32,000 bases of DNA from assembly GCA_000503875.1 (NCBI GenBank), contig CP006913.1, forward strand, positions 930,001 to 962,000, written 5' to 3'. Positions within the stretch are counted from its first letter, which is position 1. The number at the start of each line of letters is the position of its first letter. Positions 29,846 through 32,000 of this stretch are shown piece by piece. The notes below the pieces were generated by a model. That model worked only from the letters and a program-made list of their open reading frames with translations, did no database searches and was not told where the DNA came from. The stretch comes from Candidatus Saccharimonadota bacterium. GTDB lineage: Bacteria; Patescibacteriota; Gracilibacteria; Absconditabacterales; Absconditicoccaceae. The position numbers were made by a program, and so were the translations under genes.

Positions 29846-32000
29846 ATGGCAACAAATAAAATCTTTGAACTTCTCCGAGATCTCAAACTTGATAGAACCT
29901 GAGTAGCTCAACAACTCAACCAGGTTAGAGATGATATCAATGGTTTCAATCAAAGAATCAAAGATCAGACCGCTTTGCAACTTTCTTTGAATGTAGGAAA
30001 TCTCAAAACCAAACTTGATGAAGTTAAAGCACAAATAAAACTGGCAAAAGAACAAGGAAACCGTGACGGAGTTATCCAACTAACTGCCGATGCTTCGAGG
30101 ATTCAACAATCACTAACTCAAGCAGGTAGAGAGCTGAGGAATTATACAAGAACCTGATCGTCAGATATCTCAGTTTTATGAAAAAACTTTCAAGGAGTTA
30201 ATACGGAGATACTCAAACAATGAGGGATTATCCAAAGTACCGTTCAGAAAATGAAGGTCACTTTTTCGTGATTAAAAGAGATTATCCTGACTGCTTTTTC
30301 TGTTACTGCGATTATTGGATTTGTGAAATCTTTATTCACTCTATCGTCAGAACTCCAGCAGGCAAAAATAGCCTTCACTAATATGTTTAAGAGTGAAGAG
30401 ATAGCGATCAAACTTCTTAAACAAATTCAGGCTTTTGCAAAACAAACTCCGTTTGATCAGATGGGACTTATCGACTGAGCCAAAAGACTATCTGCCTACG
30501 GTTTCAAAGCAAATCAAATTCTTCCAATCATGAAATCGCTCGGAGATGCTGTGGCTGGTGTGGGTTGAAACCAAGATACCTTAAATGGTGTGATCGTAGC
30601 CCTTGGACAGATGCAAACCAAAGGAAAATTGGTGCAACAAGAAGTAAATCAGATCGCTGAAAGAGGTATCCCTATTTTCGAGATTTTGAGAAAAAAACTC
30701 GGTTTGACTCAAGAACAATTGGGTAACATCTGAGAACAAGGAATCTCCTCAGCCAAAGCTATCCCATTAATCTTGGAAGGTATCAATGAAAAGTTTTGAT
30801 GACTTATGGAACAGCAATCCAAGACCCTTCAAGGAAAGCTCTCAAATATGATTGATAGTTTCAAAATTAAGATGGCAGAGCTTGGATTGGTACTGGCTCC
30901 CATTTTCTGAGGTATCATCTCGAGTTTGCAAGCAATCATTACTCCTGTCTTCAATATCCTGATCTTAGGAATCAAGGGGCTATGAGTCGTATTCAAAACT
31001 GTGTTTGATGGTGCAAAACAGGTCTATCAATTTTTTGCTAATAATTTTGTCATCATTACAAAAACAATCCTGGCGACTTTTCTGTCTGCTTTGATTATCA
31101 TGAAACAACAAACGGTCATTACCTTTTTGCAAGGAATCGTGAACACTATTATCAGATGAATGGCGATAGCTTGAACTGCCGTGATTAATTTCTCAAAAGC
31201 CAGTCGATACTTCATAACCAACCTGAGAACAATAGTCGTCGAGGCTACCAGAGCTACGGTCGCCTTTATCAAAAAATGAGTAGCTCTTGCAGTAACTACC
31301 GTCAGAACATATGCACAAATTATAGCCAACAACCTCGCTTCATTATCTTTTCGTAGTCTTGGACTTTCTATTTTAGGTGCATTGAAAAATCTTTTATTGT
31401 TAGGTGCGAGGTTTTTCTTGATCGGTACAATCGTAGCAACCGTAGTGATTGCGATCTATAAAAACTGGAGTGTATTGAAAGAGAAATTGAAACCTGTCTT
31501 TGAGTTTATGGCAAAGGTCTGACAGGCAGTTCCTTGAGCGATAGCCAAAGCATGGAATTTTTGTGTTGATGTTATTTTTGGAGCTATCAAAGGGATATTG
31601 AAGTCCTGAAAGGCTGTCGCTGATTTTCTTAAAAATACTTTCAATGTGGATATTGGAAGTGCAAAGATTGATAAATATATCTCAGATATTGAGAACATGA
31701 GACAGAAACTTCAAACCAATGAAGGAGAAATCAAATCGGTATTTGATGGGATCAAAGAAGAGGCAGTCTGAGCCTTTGAATTTGTAAAAGATAATGTCCT
31801 GGGACTTGGTGATGCTACCAACCTCCTGTGAGGTGATGTTTTATCGTTGAATGGAAAATTTGATGATATGTGAAATGCTTCTGAATCGGCTGGTAAAAAA
31901 TGATCCAAAGCAACCCAAGAAGCCAAAGACCAACTTGCTGAATTAAAAAAAGAAACTGAGCAAGTAGAGAAAGCAAACGACAGACTAGAAAAAGCAATAA
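29846..32000 (+). CDS. tail tape measure protein (partial; continues beyond the window)
   Basis: ATG 29846 (in-frame ATG also at 29840). Translated to position 32000 without TAA/TAG. The core matches TP901-type TMP: AFTNMFKSEE...FAKQTPFDQMGLIDGAKRLSAYGF...SLGDAVAGVGG...ALGQMQTKGKLVQQEVNQIAERGIPIFE. It also has hydrophobic segments and coiled coils. Confidence 0.9.

Larger units (their letters stand above)
11838..32000. mobile_element. integrated siphovirus-like prophage (left end near tRNA-Leu; right end beyond the window)
   Basis: Content and strand switch abruptly after the tRNA. An edge-located serine integrase is followed by terS/terL, portal, scaffold, capsid, connectors, tail and tape measure in canonical order. 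The exact left att boundary within 11838-11911 is not resolved. Confidence 0.8.

Noticed and set aside
21252-31332. Long minus-strand ORFs inside the phage block (21252..21665, 24101..24562, 24745..25098, 29205..29558, 29600..30079, 31027..31332).
   Set aside because: They lie antisense to well-supported plus-strand genes (ATPase, scaffold, capsid, chaperones, tape measure). Their composition is low-complexity Ser/Leu/Phe-rich, typical of shadow ORFs.
1-32000. The fragmented ORF track could indicate a decaying genome full of pseudogenes or a poor, frameshift-rich assembly.
   Set aside because: The breaks are almost exclusively TGA, and fragments of each gene stay in the same frame. The TGAs coincide with conserved glycines, and all genes terminate cleanly at TAA/TAG. 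Recoding explains this; decay or indel errors do not.
1-32000. TGA = Trp (table 4, Mycoplasma/Spiroplasma-like), suggested by the low GC content.
   Set aside because: At every diagnostic motif the expected residue is Gly, not Trp (GPPG, QLxGG, FxGSG, TGD, GDGxNDAP, lipobox). TGG is used at plausible Trp positions.
1-32000. A CRISPR array, a DGR (reverse transcriptase plus TR/VR), or toxin-antitoxin or other defence islands.
   Set aside because: I saw no spaced repeat array, no RT-like ORF under either code, and no recognisable defence gene motifs. Absence is based on visual inspection only.

Overview
This AT-rich bacterial window only reads coherently under genetic code 25 (UGA = Gly), the code of Gracilibacteria and Absconditabacteria (CPR lineage). 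The supplied standard-code ORF track breaks almost every real gene at in-frame TGA. These codons fall on invariant glycines of well-known families: Walker A GPPG, SecA QLxGG, P-type ATPase TGD and GDGxNDAP, methyltransferase FxGSG, and a lipobox. Reading TGA as Gly merges the fragments into about 35 full-length genes, and every gene I could close ends in TAA or TAG.

Positions 1-11.7 kb are host housekeeping genes, mostly on the minus strand. They comprise a large secreted protein (partial), rarA, a lipoprotein, secA, a small acidic protein, a MurI-like protein, a secreted protein, holA, hsp20, a bPH-type membrane protein, lepB and ssb.

Immediately right of tRNA-Leu(CAA) (11752-11837) an integrated siphovirus-like prophage begins and runs off the right edge (at least 20 kb). 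Its genes, in order:
- large serine recombinase
- HTH protein
- ParB-N/DNA methyltransferase fusion
- terS and terL
- an unusual 4.7-kb cargo block: a Cys-rich secreted protein, a DsbA-like protein, a thioredoxin-CcdA fusion and a CPC-type P1B heavy-metal ATPase
- portal, scaffold, major capsid, connector, head closure, gp10-like, tail completion and major tail proteins
- G/GT-type chaperones with a U-run -1 slippery site
- tape measure protein (partial)

The main items worth follow-up are the recoding itself, a prophage that shares the host's rare code, and the envelope thiol-redox plus metal-pump cassette wedged between terL and portal. All calls come from manual translation; no database search was possible.
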